Source: a virus
Taxonomy: Duplodnaviria; Caudoviricetes
Strand: one strand, 5' to 3'
DNA length: 57,354 bases
IMG/VR virus record: IMGVR_UViG_3300001279_000002
Span: 1 to 57,354 of that record
Shown piece by piece: positions 37,330-46,428 of the stretch. Position 1 is the stretch's first letter, and every line of letters begins with the position of its first letter. The notes beneath the pieces were generated by a model, which worked only from the letters and a program-made list of their open reading frames with translations, was not told the DNA's origin and made no database searches. The translations under genes and the position numbers were made by a program.

Positions 37330-39427
37330 TAGGACGCGCACCGCGCCTGACGCCGCTCAAACGTGCACATTCATCGAAGCGCTTGACCCAGACAGAACCA
37401 TTTGGCAGTTGGGGGCGTACTTCGGGCGCACATGGGGCTGGGCGGGGTTCTACGGCCCGTCACGACGGGCGCAAGCACAAGAATGGATAGCGGGGCGCTA
37501 TCGGGCGGGGGCAGGAGTGTGGCTCCTCTTGGGGGATGTCAGCGCGCCACATGCTCATGGTCTAGCCCCGTCATCTATCGTGGGAGTCCGTTTCATCGCC
37601 GCAACGGCCGGGAGCTCCGTCGACCTGTTGTCCCCCTGGGCAGGAGATCCCCTTACAGTCTATCAGGATCAAACGGGGCAGTTCGTTGGAATTTGGAAGC
37701 TCCCCCGCGCCATCGCCCAGGAAGACGAGGCCGAAGAGTGCGGCAAAGCCGCCGCCCGTTGCTGTGTCGGGAGATTGTCCGCGTCCCCGCTTCTCCGCGT
37801 AGCCCCCCTCCCCGGCGATTTCCGCGCGGCGGGCGGCGGCCGGGGGTCTATCGTTCGCATGCCGCTTCATGGCCGGACGGCGACTCCGCTTGTTCCTGCG
37901 CTGCCGGTTCTCGCCCAGGAAGGCTATGCAGCGACCGCTCTTGCGTTGCCATCCGCAGAGCGAACTGTGATTGAGGATCAGGACCGCTGGTTGGCGCACT
38001 CGATAAGCGAGGCCCTGGAGTCGCAAAAGATCACAGGCGGCCGCATCGTTGGAATGACGCGCGGCCCGCTCGTCACCGTGTGCGACTATGAGCCCGCGCG
38101 TTCAGAGAAGAGCGCCCGCGTCGTCAAGTCATCAAACGATGTCGCGCGGCTCATCAAGGCCGCCTCCGTCATCGCCCGCGAAGACACGGCGCGGGGCGTC
38201 GTCTGTTTTGACGTATCCAATGAACGGAGAGACATCGTCCATCTGCGCGGCGTCCAGGCGTCGGCCGAATGGGGGAGCGCCAAGCGCTCTATGGCGCTCC
38301 CATATATCCTGGGCGTAACGAGCGCGGGAGAGCCGCTTATCATAGACTTCGCCAAGGCGCCCCATGTGCTCAAGGCGGGGTCGACAGGGAGCGGGAAGTC
38401 AACGGGCATGAACTCCGGAATCGTGTCGCTTCTGGAGGCGCGCGGACCCGATAAGCTGCGCGTGATCCTTATTGATCCAAAACGCGTCGAGCTATCGATT
38501 TACGGCCGCCACAAACAGGCGCCCTCAGATATCCCCCACCTGCTCGCCCCTATCGCCAACGACGCGACCAAGGCGGCGGCGGCGCTTGAATGGGCCCTGG
38601 GAGAGATGCTCCGGCGCTATGAGCTATTAGAAGAGGAGGGCGTCTCCAACGTCGCAGAATATAACGAACAGTTGGCGGAGTTCCGCGCGGCCGGGGATTC
38701 CGGCGTCCCTGACGATATGCCCCGCATCCTGATCGTGATCGACGAATATGCGATGCTCCTCCAGCAGGCGGAGCGCCGCGTAAAGGACGTTGTTCGCCGC
38801 CTGTCGGCTGAAGCGCGCGCGGCGGGAATACACATCCTGCTGGCGACGCAGCACCCGAGCGCAAAAATGATGTCCGGCGATCTGCGGACTAATTTTCCTG
38901 TGGCCGTAACCTACCGCATGGCCAAAAACGAAGGCTCTATCGTGGCCACGGGGTCGACGATCGCCCGTCGTCTTCTGGGCGATGGAGATGGGCTCCTTGA
39001 CCGTGGCGACGGCTTCGAGCGCATCCACGCGCCCTATATTTCGAAGGCCGAAATAAGGGAGCGCCTCGCGCCCGTCCGCGCCCTGGGCGAGCCTGTTTTC
39101 GCCTTCGACTACACGGGCGCTCGTCCAGTGAGGCCGTCTGACGCCGGGTCTGGATACGACGATTCAGGGCCTGTTTTCGACGCCGGGAGCGGGGATTTCA
39201 CGCCGGAAGAGGAGAACGAACACGGGGTGAAAGAAAGCCCAAGAGGGGCGGCAATGTCAGAACTTTGTAAGATCATGCCCAGGGGGCAGCAGATGCGAAG
39301 GGCCGATGTCTGGCGCGAAATGAAGGCGTGCGGCCACTCAAAAGGAACCATGGACAGGGCGTCCGATGACATGGGAATCGACAAGGTCGACGGCAAGGGA
39401 AATGACCAACTGTGGACGCGCCCATAA
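37307..39427 (+). CDS. FtsK/SpoIIIE-family ATPase with N-terminal degenerate primase-like domain
   Basis: GPLVT, APHVLKAGSTGSGKS, LIDPKRVEL, EMLRRY, IVIDEYA, ARAAGIHILLATQHP, LLGDGDGL. Confidence 0.9.
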   Translation: MAADLRGDRTRTAPDAAQTCTFIEALDPDRTIWQLGAYFGRTWGWAGFYGPSRRAQAQEWIAGRYRAGAGVWLLLGDVSAPHAHGLAPSSIVGVRFIAATAGSSVDLLSPWAGDPLTVYQDQTGQFVGIWKLPRAIAQEDEAEECGKAAARCCVGRLSASPLLRVAPLPGDFRAAGGGRGSIVRMPLHGRTATPLVPALPVLAQEGYAATALALPSAERTVIEDQDRWLAHSISEALESQKITGGRIVGMTRGPLVTVCDYEPARSEKSARVVKSSNDVARLIKAASVIAREDTARGVVCFDVSNERRDIVHLRGVQASAEWGSAKRSMALPYILGVTSAGEPLIIDFAKAPHVLKAGSTGSGKSTGMNSGIVSLLEARGPDKLRVILIDPKRVELSIYGRHKQAPSDIPHLLAPIANDATKAAAALEWALGEMLRRYELLEEEGVSNVAEYNEQLAEFRAAGDSGVPDDMPRILIVIDEYAMLLQQAERRVKDVVRRLSAEARAAGIHILLATQHPSAKMMSGDLRTNFPVAVTYRMAKNEGSIVATGSTIARRLLGDGDGLLDRGDGFERIHAPYISKAEIRERLAPVRALGEPVFAFDYTGARPVRPSDAGSGYDDSGPVFDAGSGDFTPEEENEHGVKESPRGAAMSELCKIMPRGQQMRRADVWREMKACGHSKGTMDRASDDMGIDKVDGKGNDQLWTRP

Positions 39428-39644
39428 CGTCCCACGTCCCACGGGCCAGCGCCAAACTAAGCGCAGATTTTGCCGAAAAAGGCGCTGGCCCGTGAGACAT
39501 TTTTTGAGCCATCCAAATAAAATCAATGGCATAGCAAAATCCCGCACCGATGTTTAGGGGGGACAAAACGGCCGAAAACATGGACTGTTTAAACTCCGGC
39601 GCCATGCGTCTGGAGCCCTTAAACACGACATGAAGGAGCCGAAA

Positions 39645-40922
39645 ATGCCGTCTGCAAACCGCCATAGCGGGACGCCGCCCTTGTTCATATATGGCCTTTT
39701 CGCCGTCGCCTTTGTCGCGCTTGGGCTCACAATGTTTATGTCGTTGGCATGGGCGAAAAGCTCGCCAGACGGGATGGAGCGTTACGCCGCATACGCCGTT
39801 GTCGCTATCACAGGCCCAGGGTCTTTGATGTGTTTCACGGCCGCAGTATGGGCCCATAGACAGGGCGGGATGGGCGTCACAGCCCTCTCTGCGGCGTTCT
39901 GGATCGCCCTTAGCGCGGGCGAAATAAACACCGCTGGGAAGTGGCTGGAGGCCCGCGCGCGTGGCTCTTCAGCTCCTTTCGAACAGGCAAAACACGCCGC
40001 GCAGGAGGCCCAAAAGGACCTCGCGACGGAGCGCGCGGCGCTTGATTCCATCCGAAAAAAACTTCTGGACGAACGCAGGGAGGCCAAAATAGACGAGCTC
40101 CGAAAGGACAAAGCGACGGCGGAAAAGCGCGTCTTCGAGCTGTCCACAAGGTCCGTTGAGCCTGTCGCTGGGCACGTGGAGAACTGGTTCTCCGGCAATG
40201 GGGCGTATGCTGCGGCACTCCTAATGGTTGTAGGTCACGGGTTCTTTGCGATCGCCCTTTTCTGCCGGGATTCCCATCGTGGAGCCCCTGTTCAGTTCGA
40301 CCCGCGCGCCCTCCGCCCAGAGGAGCTGGAGGCTGTTCGCAGGTTGCTGGAGCTGGGCGAAACCACGCTGACCATTTCGCCCACTCCGCCCAAACCCGCC
40401 CAGCTGGTTGCGCCTGGGCGAACTGGTTATAACCACGCAACCAGTGGGCGCCCAACCACGCCCAACCACGCCCAACCAGCCATAACCAGCGGCGCCCACG
40501 CCCAACCACATAACCAGCTGGTTGACGCGCAAGCCCTTGGTTATGAAGAAAAACCACTTGGGCGCCCAGACGCCCAACCAGCTGGTTATGTGGTTGGCCC
40601 AACCAGTTTGGGCGCGCAACCAGACGCCCAGCCAACCAGTTTGGGCGAAGTGGGCGGAAGTTTGGGCGCCCAAATCCGCCCAGTGGGCGCCCAGCCCCAA
40701 CCAGCCGCCCAACCAGTTCCGCCCAAACATGGAACGGCTCTAAGATTGGTTGAAACCCGCCCAGCTCTAACGGCGTTTCAGATCACTGTTCGGGACATGC
40801 TAGACGCCGGGATGACAGAGCGGCCGATAGCCACAGCGACAGGCCGGAAGCGCCACGAGGTTAGGTCGGCTAAGGCCGCCATCGCAGCGCATGCAACTAA
40901 AAGTAGCAAAGAGGGAACCTAA
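39645..40922 (+). CDS. Multi-TM, coiled-coil protein with low-complexity linker and C-terminal HTH
   Basis: AAGGAG RBS; 3 TMs, coiled coil, 4th TM, AQP-rich region, GMTERPIATATG..RHEV HTH. Confidence 0.7.
   Translation: MPSANRHSGTPPLFIYGLFAVAFVALGLTMFMSLAWAKSSPDGMERYAAYAVVAITGPGSLMCFTAAVWAHRQGGMGVTALSAAFWIALSAGEINTAGKWLEARARGSSAPFEQAKHAAQEAQKDLATERAALDSIRKKLLDERREAKIDELRKDKATAEKRVFELSTRSVEPVAGHVENWFSGNGAYAAALLMVVGHGFFAIALFCRDSHRGAPVQFDPRALRPEELEAVRRLLELGETTLTISPTPPKPAQLVAPGRTGYNHATSGRPTTPNHAQPAITSGAHAQPHNQLVDAQALGYEEKPLGRPDAQPAGYVVGPTSLGAQPDAQPTSLGEVGGSLGAQIRPVGAQPQPAAQPVPPKHGTALRLVETRPALTAFQITVRDMLDAGMTERPIATATGRKRHEVRSAKAAIAAHATKSSKEGT
40400..40725. repeat. Dense CGCCCAACCA / AACCAG repeats in both orientations inside CDS
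   Basis: Repeated cgcccaacca, aaccagctggtt palindromes, ttgggcg inverted copies. Confidence 0.75.
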
Positions 40923-40925
40923 AAA

Positions 40926-41333
40926 ATGAGCCGTAAATCGCTGACGCCTGAAAATGACAGGTGCGGAGAGCACCCCATATTTGGGGAGACTTCTCCGGCC
41001 GCCGACGCTTTCGCAATGTCAATCCTTACCCCAACGCTAACGGCGTTCGTGACGCTGCTCGTCTTCAGCCTTTTTCTGATGGCCTATGATCTGGCCTATG
41101 GGAAAAACGGATATCTGGAGGAGCTGGATTTGATCATCCCCGCTGTGGCGGCGTTCGCTACATCAACGGTTGTATTCGTGAGGATTCGTCATGTCGCCTT
41201 CATCCCCGCTTACGCCACCGTCGCGGTTGTCGCCGCCGTGCTCCTGTGGACGCACCCCATGAACCCATATTCCACAAGAGAGGATAATTGCTCTTTCTAT
41301 GGCGTATGCGAGGGATGGGGCCCAAAACCATAA
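40926..41333 (+). CDS. Three-TM membrane protein
   Basis: Three hydrophobic segments; last gene of cassette. Confidence 0.65.
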   Translation: MSRKSLTPENDRCGEHPIFGETSPAADAFAMSILTPTLTAFVTLLVFSLFLMAYDLAYGKNGYLEELDLIIPAVAAFATSTVVFVRIRHVAFIPAYATVAVVAAVLLWTHPMNPYSTREDNCSFYGVCEGWGPKP

Positions 41334-41336
41334 ACC

Positions 41337-41363
41337 AGCGCACCGCTATTTTCCCTTATCAAC
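41337..41363 (+). repeat. Right copy of 27-bp imperfect direct repeat (promoter-like)
   Basis: AGCGCACCGCTATTTTCCCTTATCAAC. Confidence 0.7.
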
Positions 41364-41418
41364 CCCAGCGCGCTCCGGCACGCTGGGGTTTCATTTTTGG
41401 ACAGCTGGGCGCACAGAC

Positions 41419-41670
41419 ATGGACGCAGTGAGAGACGCCGCTTTTGTATTGCTGGTTCTGCCTCTCGGGGGGTTCCTCATTTCCGGCGCCGTAGTGCTCG
41501 CGTTTATGGTGGTCTCCTCCCCAGTGCTAGGGCTTATGAGGCTGCGGAGAATGCTGGTTCAGGAAGACGCGGAGGAGCCCCGCGAAGGTGTGAAACAACA
41601 CAGGAGAAGGCCAAATGGAAAGAAACCAGGCGCCGCGAAAGCGCCAATTCGTAATTCCGCGAATTCATGA
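41419..41670 (+). CDS. Small membrane protein
   Basis: MDAVRD.. long hydrophobic stretch then basic tail. Confidence 0.5.
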   Translation: MDAVRDAAFVLLVLPLGGFLISGAVVLAFMVVSSPVLGLMRLRRMLVQEDAEEPREGVKQHRRRPNGKKPGAAKAPIRNSANS

Positions 41671-41817
41671 TCCGCGTACGTATGATTATGAAATGTCACC
41701 GGACGGAGCTATGACGCCCAGGGAGCAGGAGCGGCGAAAGGCCACCGCCGCCAAGGAGCACGACGAACAGGTCATAGAAGAACTTGGCCGCCGCCTCCGC
41801 GCCATAGGGGCGGGCCT

Positions 41818-42111
41818 ATGACGGAAACCCCAGACAGCCCCTGCAGGGAGCTCCGGATGCGCGTCGCCCGCGCCCTTGAGCTGGCGAGCCTGTGCAGCAG
41901 CATTGACAGGTTTGAGCATAGCAAATGGATCATTGATCAAATGGTGCGGGCGCTCTGTGGTTGCCCGTCCGTCAAGACGTCCATGCTTGGCGCGGACGGA
42001 GAGGAATACGAGCTGGAGGCCCTGGGCGATAATGACCAGTACAGGGCGTTCATTGAAGAATACGAGGGCGCGGAAGGTGAATACGAATGGGAGCTGGGGA
42101 CGCCGCCATGA
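41818..42111 (+). CDS. Conserved phage hypothetical protein
   Basis: HSKWIIDQMVRAL...YEWELGTPP resembles a common small phage family. Confidence 0.6.
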   Translation: MTETPDSPCRELRMRVARALELASLCSSIDRFEHSKWIIDQMVRALCGCPSVKTSMLGADGEEYELEALGDNDQYRAFIEEYEGAEGEYEWELGTPP

Positions 42112-42368
42112 GTGAACTCAGCACAAACAACCGTTTCAGCGCCGCCGTCGTCTTCACAGAGTACGATCTGCGCAACGCGGCGGAGAGCGCATACGAGGGC
42201 TATCGTGAATTTGCCCAGAGGCGCTTTGGCGCGGCGCTCAAACCCTGGGCGGAAGTCGACGGCATGGATCGACTCGGATGGGTTATCGCCGCCCGTCTGG
42301 CGCTCCGAAAGTACGGCGGGGAAATGGAATACGATATCCCGTCGCAGGAAATGAAGCTCACGGACTAA
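42108..42368 (+). CDS. Hypothetical protein
   Basis: ATGA overlap with upstream gene. Confidence 0.5.
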   Translation: MSELSTNNRFSAAVVFTEYDLRNAAESAYEGYREFAQRRFGAALKPWAEVDGMDRLGWVIAARLALRKYGGEMEYDIPSQEMKLTD

Positions 42369-42391
42369 CCACGCCAATATGGACAGTCACA

Positions 42392-42946
42392 ATGCCAAGA
42401 TGGAAACAGCACTCTTCTCGGTTCGATAAGAACCCAAAACACTATACATCTCTAATAGAGATACGCAGGGGAAACTGTGTGTATGTGTTTGATATCATAG
42501 TGCAGAGGAATGAGGCGCGGTGGTCATTAACGTTTGACCCATTTTTTGAAGTAGAGTTTCCGCATGACCTTGGAGAGATGACAGGGGGAGACGCCAAGAC
42601 AGCCGCCAAGATTCTAGCGACGGAGGCCGTACAGGCGCTCATGGCGGAACTAGACGAACTTGTTCAGACAGAGGGGGAAATCCCCAAGTCTAGTAGATAC
42701 GCCGCCGCCGAATGGATGGGCATTAGCGACGATAATTTTAGGGCCAACATGGACTCCTTTGGGCGCGCTGTATTTGTTGAAAGCTTGGGAAACGGCGTGT
42801 GGTGGGTGAGGAACCCGTTTGATGAGTATGGCGGCGGCGTGCAGATAGAAGCTGGCGCGGCAAAAGAGGCCCGCGAGATAACAGCAGCGCTGTCTCAGGT
42901 GTTTGTTCGGGAACTATTGGCGGGGGTCCAGTCCATAGAAGACTGA
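42392..42946 (+). CDS. Hypothetical protein (start uncertain)
   Basis: Long ORF ending just before a bidirectional terminator. Confidence 0.55.
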   Translation: MPRWKQHSSRFDKNPKHYTSLIEIRRGNCVYVFDIIVQRNEARWSLTFDPFFEVEFPHDLGEMTGGDAKTAAKILATEAVQALMAELDELVQTEGEIPKSSRYAAAEWMGISDDNFRANMDSFGRAVFVESLGNGVWWVRNPFDEYGGGVQIEAGAAKEAREITAALSQVFVRELLAGVQSIED

Positions 42947-42965
42947 CAGGCGTGCGAGGTAAACA

Positions 42966-42998
42966 AAGGCCGCCAGGGGAAACCTTGGCGGCCTTTTC
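42966..42998. terminator. Bidirectional terminator between convergent operons
   Basis: AAAGGCCGCCAGGG-GAAA-CCTTGGCGGCCTTTT. Confidence 0.8.
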
Positions 42999-43012
42999 CG
43001 TGCGTCGCAGCC

Positions 43013-43501
43013 TTAAGAAATGGAGCCAATCGGAGAAGCGTCCGACGGCGCGGGAGCCATGCGGGCGGGCTCTGCGGTCAACACGACGTCCGGAGCGGTT
43101 CCGGCCGCCAGCGGGGCGCCAGAACCGCCCAGGGAGACGTTATCCGCCTGTAGCTGGCTAATCTGCGTCAGGAGCGTTCCAATCGTCGACAGCGTGTTGT
43201 TGTCGCTGGCGCTGATGGCGTTGGAGTGGCCAAGCGCCGTAGCGATTGCCCCCACGCCGCCCAACACGAGCATGGCCGTATGTGTGATGTCGCCGAACCC
43301 GGCCGCGCCCAGAGTGGCGATCGCGGTAGACGCCAGCATGCCGATAAGGGACATGTTGACGTTAGGGACGGTGACCCCGGCGCCGGAAGCGCGCTTTACG
43401 GCGTTGTCTGCATGGGCGGGAGCGACGCCGCCAAGCCCCGCGCTGTTGATGATTGCCGGGAGAAGACTCCCAAGCAGAGAAATTGCGATGTTTGGAAACA
43501 T
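43013..43501 (-). CDS. Membrane protein, holin-like candidate
   Basis: 2-3 hydrophobic segments; start MFPNIA. Confidence 0.5.
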   Translation of the reverse strand: MFPNIAISLLGSLLPAIINSAGLGGVAPAHADNAVKRASGAGVTVPNVNMSLIGMLASTAIATLGAAGFGDITHTAMLVLGGVGAIATALGHSNAISASDNNTLSTIGTLLTQISQLQADNVSLGGSGAPLAAGTAPDVVLTAEPARMAPAPSDASPIGSIS

Positions 43502-43586
43502 GATAGGCCCCTTGTGTGTGAGCTCCGGGCCCCCGCCCGAAGATGTATGCACTTTACCGGGGGACTATGAACGGCGCCAGAAGGAT

Positions 43587-43757
43587 TTATTCCCTCTGGC
43601 GCTTAAGTTGGTCACCATAAGCGGCGCTCGCTTGTTTCCGCTCAAGGTAAAGGCGCTCTTCCCGTAAACGCCAACGGTTTAAGAAGTGGTCGCGCCAGTT
43701 GACCGCGCCGAAAATCAAAACGTGCGCGGCGAAGAGCGCGCGGCGAAGCATCCTCAT
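43587..43757 (-). CDS. Small hypothetical protein (56 aa)
   Basis: Hand-translated MRMLRRALFAAHVLIFG...KRQRE; below ORF-track cutoff; fills operon gap. Confidence 0.4.
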   Translation of the reverse strand: MRMLRRALFAAHVLIFGAVNWRDHFLNRWRLREERLYLERKQASAAYGDQLKRQRE

Positions 43758-43784
43758 GGTGTGGCTGTACCCCCGGCGCTTAAC

Positions 43785-43919
43785 TTAACGAACACAATGG
43801 CAGACGCTGCGGCCTCCCACATATTCACATACGGGGTGCGAGCCGAGAGGGCAGGCAGAGGCCGCCGCAGACGCGAACGCTGCGAAAAGAGTGATCGCAA
43901 TAATGGTATTCCTAATCAT
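43785..43919 (-). CDS. Secreted four-cysteine peptide (44 aa)
   Basis: Hand-translated MIRNTIIAITLFAAFASAAASA-CPLGSHPVCEYVGGRSVCHCVR; AAGGAG RBS; overlaps upstream stop. Confidence 0.7.
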   Translation of the reverse strand: MIRNTIIAITLFAAFASAAASACPLGSHPVCEYVGGRSVCHCVR

Positions 43920-44184
43920 GCTGTTGTCTCCTTGTTATCGGCGTGATCCACACGCCCTCGTCTGTTTCGCCCAGGAAGATGCGCGCGGCGTCCCCCTTGG
44001 GCAAAACGCCCTCCGCCCCCGCCGCCACCCTGGCGCCAGGGGAAAGACCGCGCGCAACCTTCGTCGACGGTGCGCAAAACATGTCCGGCGTCACGCGCGG
44101 CGCTCCGAATGCTATGCACTCGCCAATGGTCCGGCCTTTGTTGGGGCCGTCCTGGATAATGGCGTTAACAAAACCCATGGTCAC
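43912..44184 (-). CDS. Hypothetical protein
   Basis: Coupled to scaffold gene stop; GGAGG RBS. Confidence 0.5.
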   Translation of the reverse strand: MTMGFVNAIIQDGPNKGRTIGECIAFGAPRVTPDMFCAPSTKVARGLSPGARVAAGAEGVLPKGDAARIFLGETDEGVWITPITRRQQHD

Positions 44185-45380
44185 CTCCCCAAAATCTTGT
44201 TGACCTTGTCAACACCGTGCTTGTCGAGAAACGACTCGAACTCGCGCTCGCCCATGTTCGCCAGGGTCTCCGCCGTAATGACGGCCTCTGACGATCCGCC
44301 TCCGCCGCCCGACAGCGTCGCCGCCGCGCGTTGCGCCTTCTCCGCCGCCGTAACCGCGCTCATGGCCGCGCCGTTCTTAGCCGCCGCTGGGGCTGGTTTG
44401 GCCGCTGGCTCCGGGTCTGCGACAGGCGGCGCTTCCACGCCGCGAAATCCCTTTGCTTTGGCCAGATTGTAAATCATGTCCGCTGGGCGGCGCCCCGTCC
44501 TCACGGCGTGAATCACAATGGCGCGCTCCTCTTCAATGAGCTGCTTTTGAATGGCCGCCTTGTCCATCATCCCCATGATTTCCAGCTCCGTGCGGCGCGC
44601 CTGCGAAAGATGCTGATAGGCGGGTCCGAAGTCAGGAACGGACTGGGCATAATGCAATGCGTCGTCCTGATACGCGCGCTGCAGCTGCTGCTCCGCCAGC
44701 TGCGTTTGAGACAGCTGCGCGGTTTCTGTGGCTCTCTTAACGCCCTGATCGCGTTCCGCACGCTCCTTGACCAGCTGCTTTTGCATCTGCTTGAACGCGC
44801 CGAAAATGTCAACTTCGGGGTCGATAGGCTCATCTGAGTCCGTGGGGTCCGCGTCTTCAGCTTGCCCAGGCGGCGGGGTAGTCCCCTGGGCAAGCGCTTC
44901 ATTCATGATCGCAAGGCGTTCCTTAAGCTGGGCGAGCTCGATTGACTCCCTGGCGCGATCCTGGCGGAGCGTCTCCACCTGCGCCGCTAGCTCCTTGCGC
45001 GCCATGCGCTCCTGATGCAACGCGGCATGGGGGACAAAGCGGCCTTTGACGTCGCGGGCCTTGCCATCCTCGTCCAGGGTAATCTCTCCGGGCTCCGCGT
45101 CACCGTCCGGCGCAGGGGCGGCGGTCTGGTCCGGCCGCGTCGTCTGGTCTGGAGCTGGCGCGCCGCCGTCCGGCGTCAGAGGGGCCTTGGCCTCCGTCTT
45201 GTCGCCGACGGCTTCTGATTCAGACAGGCCCTTGAACAGGCCCTCCGTTTTTTCGCCGCCAGACTCGAAATATTCGCGCTCCTCCGGCGTCAGGACTTCG
45301 AACGCGGACGACGGCGCGGGGGCTTCCGCCTGGGCTGGCGTTGTCGATTCTGCGGGGGCGGATGATGTGTTCTCGCTCAT
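44181..45380 (-). CDS. Probable capsid scaffolding protein
   Basis: Acidic/Pro-rich N-terminus, VPHAALHQER motif, coiled coils, P...IY.LAK..G; downstream of portal. Confidence 0.75.
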   Translation of the reverse strand: MSENTSSAPAESTTPAQAEAPAPSSAFEVLTPEEREYFESGGEKTEGLFKGLSESEAVGDKTEAKAPLTPDGGAPAPDQTTRPDQTAAPAPDGDAEPGEITLDEDGKARDVKGRFVPHAALHQERMARKELAAQVETLRQDRARESIELAQLKERLAIMNEALAQGTTPPPGQAEDADPTDSDEPIDPEVDIFGAFKQMQKQLVKERAERDQGVKRATETAQLSQTQLAEQQLQRAYQDDALHYAQSVPDFGPAYQHLSQARRTELEIMGMMDKAAIQKQLIEEERAIVIHAVRTGRRPADMIYNLAKAKGFRGVEAPPVADPEPAAKPAPAAAKNGAAMSAVTAAEKAQRAAATLSGGGGGSSEAVITAETLANMGEREFESFLDKHGVDKVNKILGR

Positions 45381-46162
45381 GTGAATTTTCTTTCGGCTTC
45401 CATACGCCTTAGGGCTTGTTCAATCGTTTCATCGGGGAGCATTTCCCAACCGCAGCCTGTACAGCCACCCTTCCACGAGCCCGCGCGTTCGCCGACTTCG
45501 TCAGAAAAGGTTATGCCCAGGGAGCGCCGCTCCCACTCGAATAGGCGCGTCCACGTCAACCACTTAGGACGCCACGCCATGCGTTCGGCATAGCACGTCG
45601 CGGTTACGGTTTGGGCGCCGCCGCCGCGCAGCTCGTAGCGGTACGGGAGCTCTTCAACGTGGCGGCCGTCCGGGTCTTTCAGGGGTTTTCCGTTCCATGC
45701 CGCCATGGCCCCGTTATGGGGCTGTTTTTCCTCCCACGATCCGACGAACGGCGTCCATGAGCCATCAGGTCGTTGAACCTCGTGGCGTTGGTGGATGTGG
45801 TTAAAAAACGGAAAGTCCCATATTTTACAACGCAGCCCCCAATGGAAAAACACGTTCGGCATGTCGCGCTCAAAATGCGCCATCACGCCCCAGCGCTCGC
45901 GCTCTCCATACGCCGGTTGATTGCGCGTGTCGCGAATGGCGCGCCTGGGCAACGGAAGATAGATAAACACATCAAGGGGGAAGACCTGAATATTCAGAAA
46001 CCACGGTCGCCGATAGTCTGAATCCTCGCCCTCATTGACGAGCGTAACGCCAAGGCCCATTCGCCCAAGGAAGATCTCCACAACGCCAGGGGCGCGGAGC
46101 GAACGGCGCTCCACGAACACGCGGCGACGTATAAAGCGAGGGACAAGTTTTGTGAAGCTCAT
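45377..46162 (-). CDS. Conserved Trp-rich phage hypothetical protein
   Basis: C-terminal FSDEVGERAGSWKGG..GCG..MLP.ET..QALRRME.ERKF. Confidence 0.65.
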   Translation of the reverse strand: MSFTKLVPRFIRRRVFVERRSLRAPGVVEIFLGRMGLGVTLVNEGEDSDYRRPWFLNIQVFPLDVFIYLPLPRRAIRDTRNQPAYGERERWGVMAHFERDMPNVFFHWGLRCKIWDFPFFNHIHQRHEVQRPDGSWTPFVGSWEEKQPHNGAMAAWNGKPLKDPDGRHVEELPYRYELRGGGAQTVTATCYAERMAWRPKWLTWTRLFEWERRSLGITFSDEVGERAGSWKGGCTGCGWEMLPDETIEQALRRMEAERKFT

Positions 46163-46401
46163 GGGGCGACCTCGGAAGCCGTCATCCGCTCAATCTGCAG
46201 GCGCAGATTGGTGACTTCAGCCTCAAGGCGCGCGTTTTCCGCCTGTAGGGAGCGGATAATTTCCATCTGGTGATTGATGGCGATGTTGGCGCGCTCCGTC
46301 CGGTCTGCGAGCTGGGCGGACTCGGTTGTTTCCAGCAATTCAACCCGCGCGCGAAGACAAGCAATCTCCTGTTCGGGCTCTGTATGGGGGGCGTCTGTCA
46401 T
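46159..46401 (-). CDS. Small coiled-coil hypothetical protein
   Basis: 80 aa heptad pattern, ATGA overlap. Confidence 0.55.
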   Translation of the reverse strand: MTDAPHTEPEQEIACLRARVELLETTESAQLADRTERANIAINHQMEIIRSLQAENARLEAEVTNLRLQIERMTASEVAP

Positions 46402-46428
46402 GTTTTGGGCTCCAAATTATGCGCGTGG

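Noticed and set aside
37307-39427. FtsK ATPase as the genome-packaging motor replacing terminase
   Set aside because: A P22-like portal implies a TerL motor, the window is only part of the genome, and the gene sits in an accessory cassette
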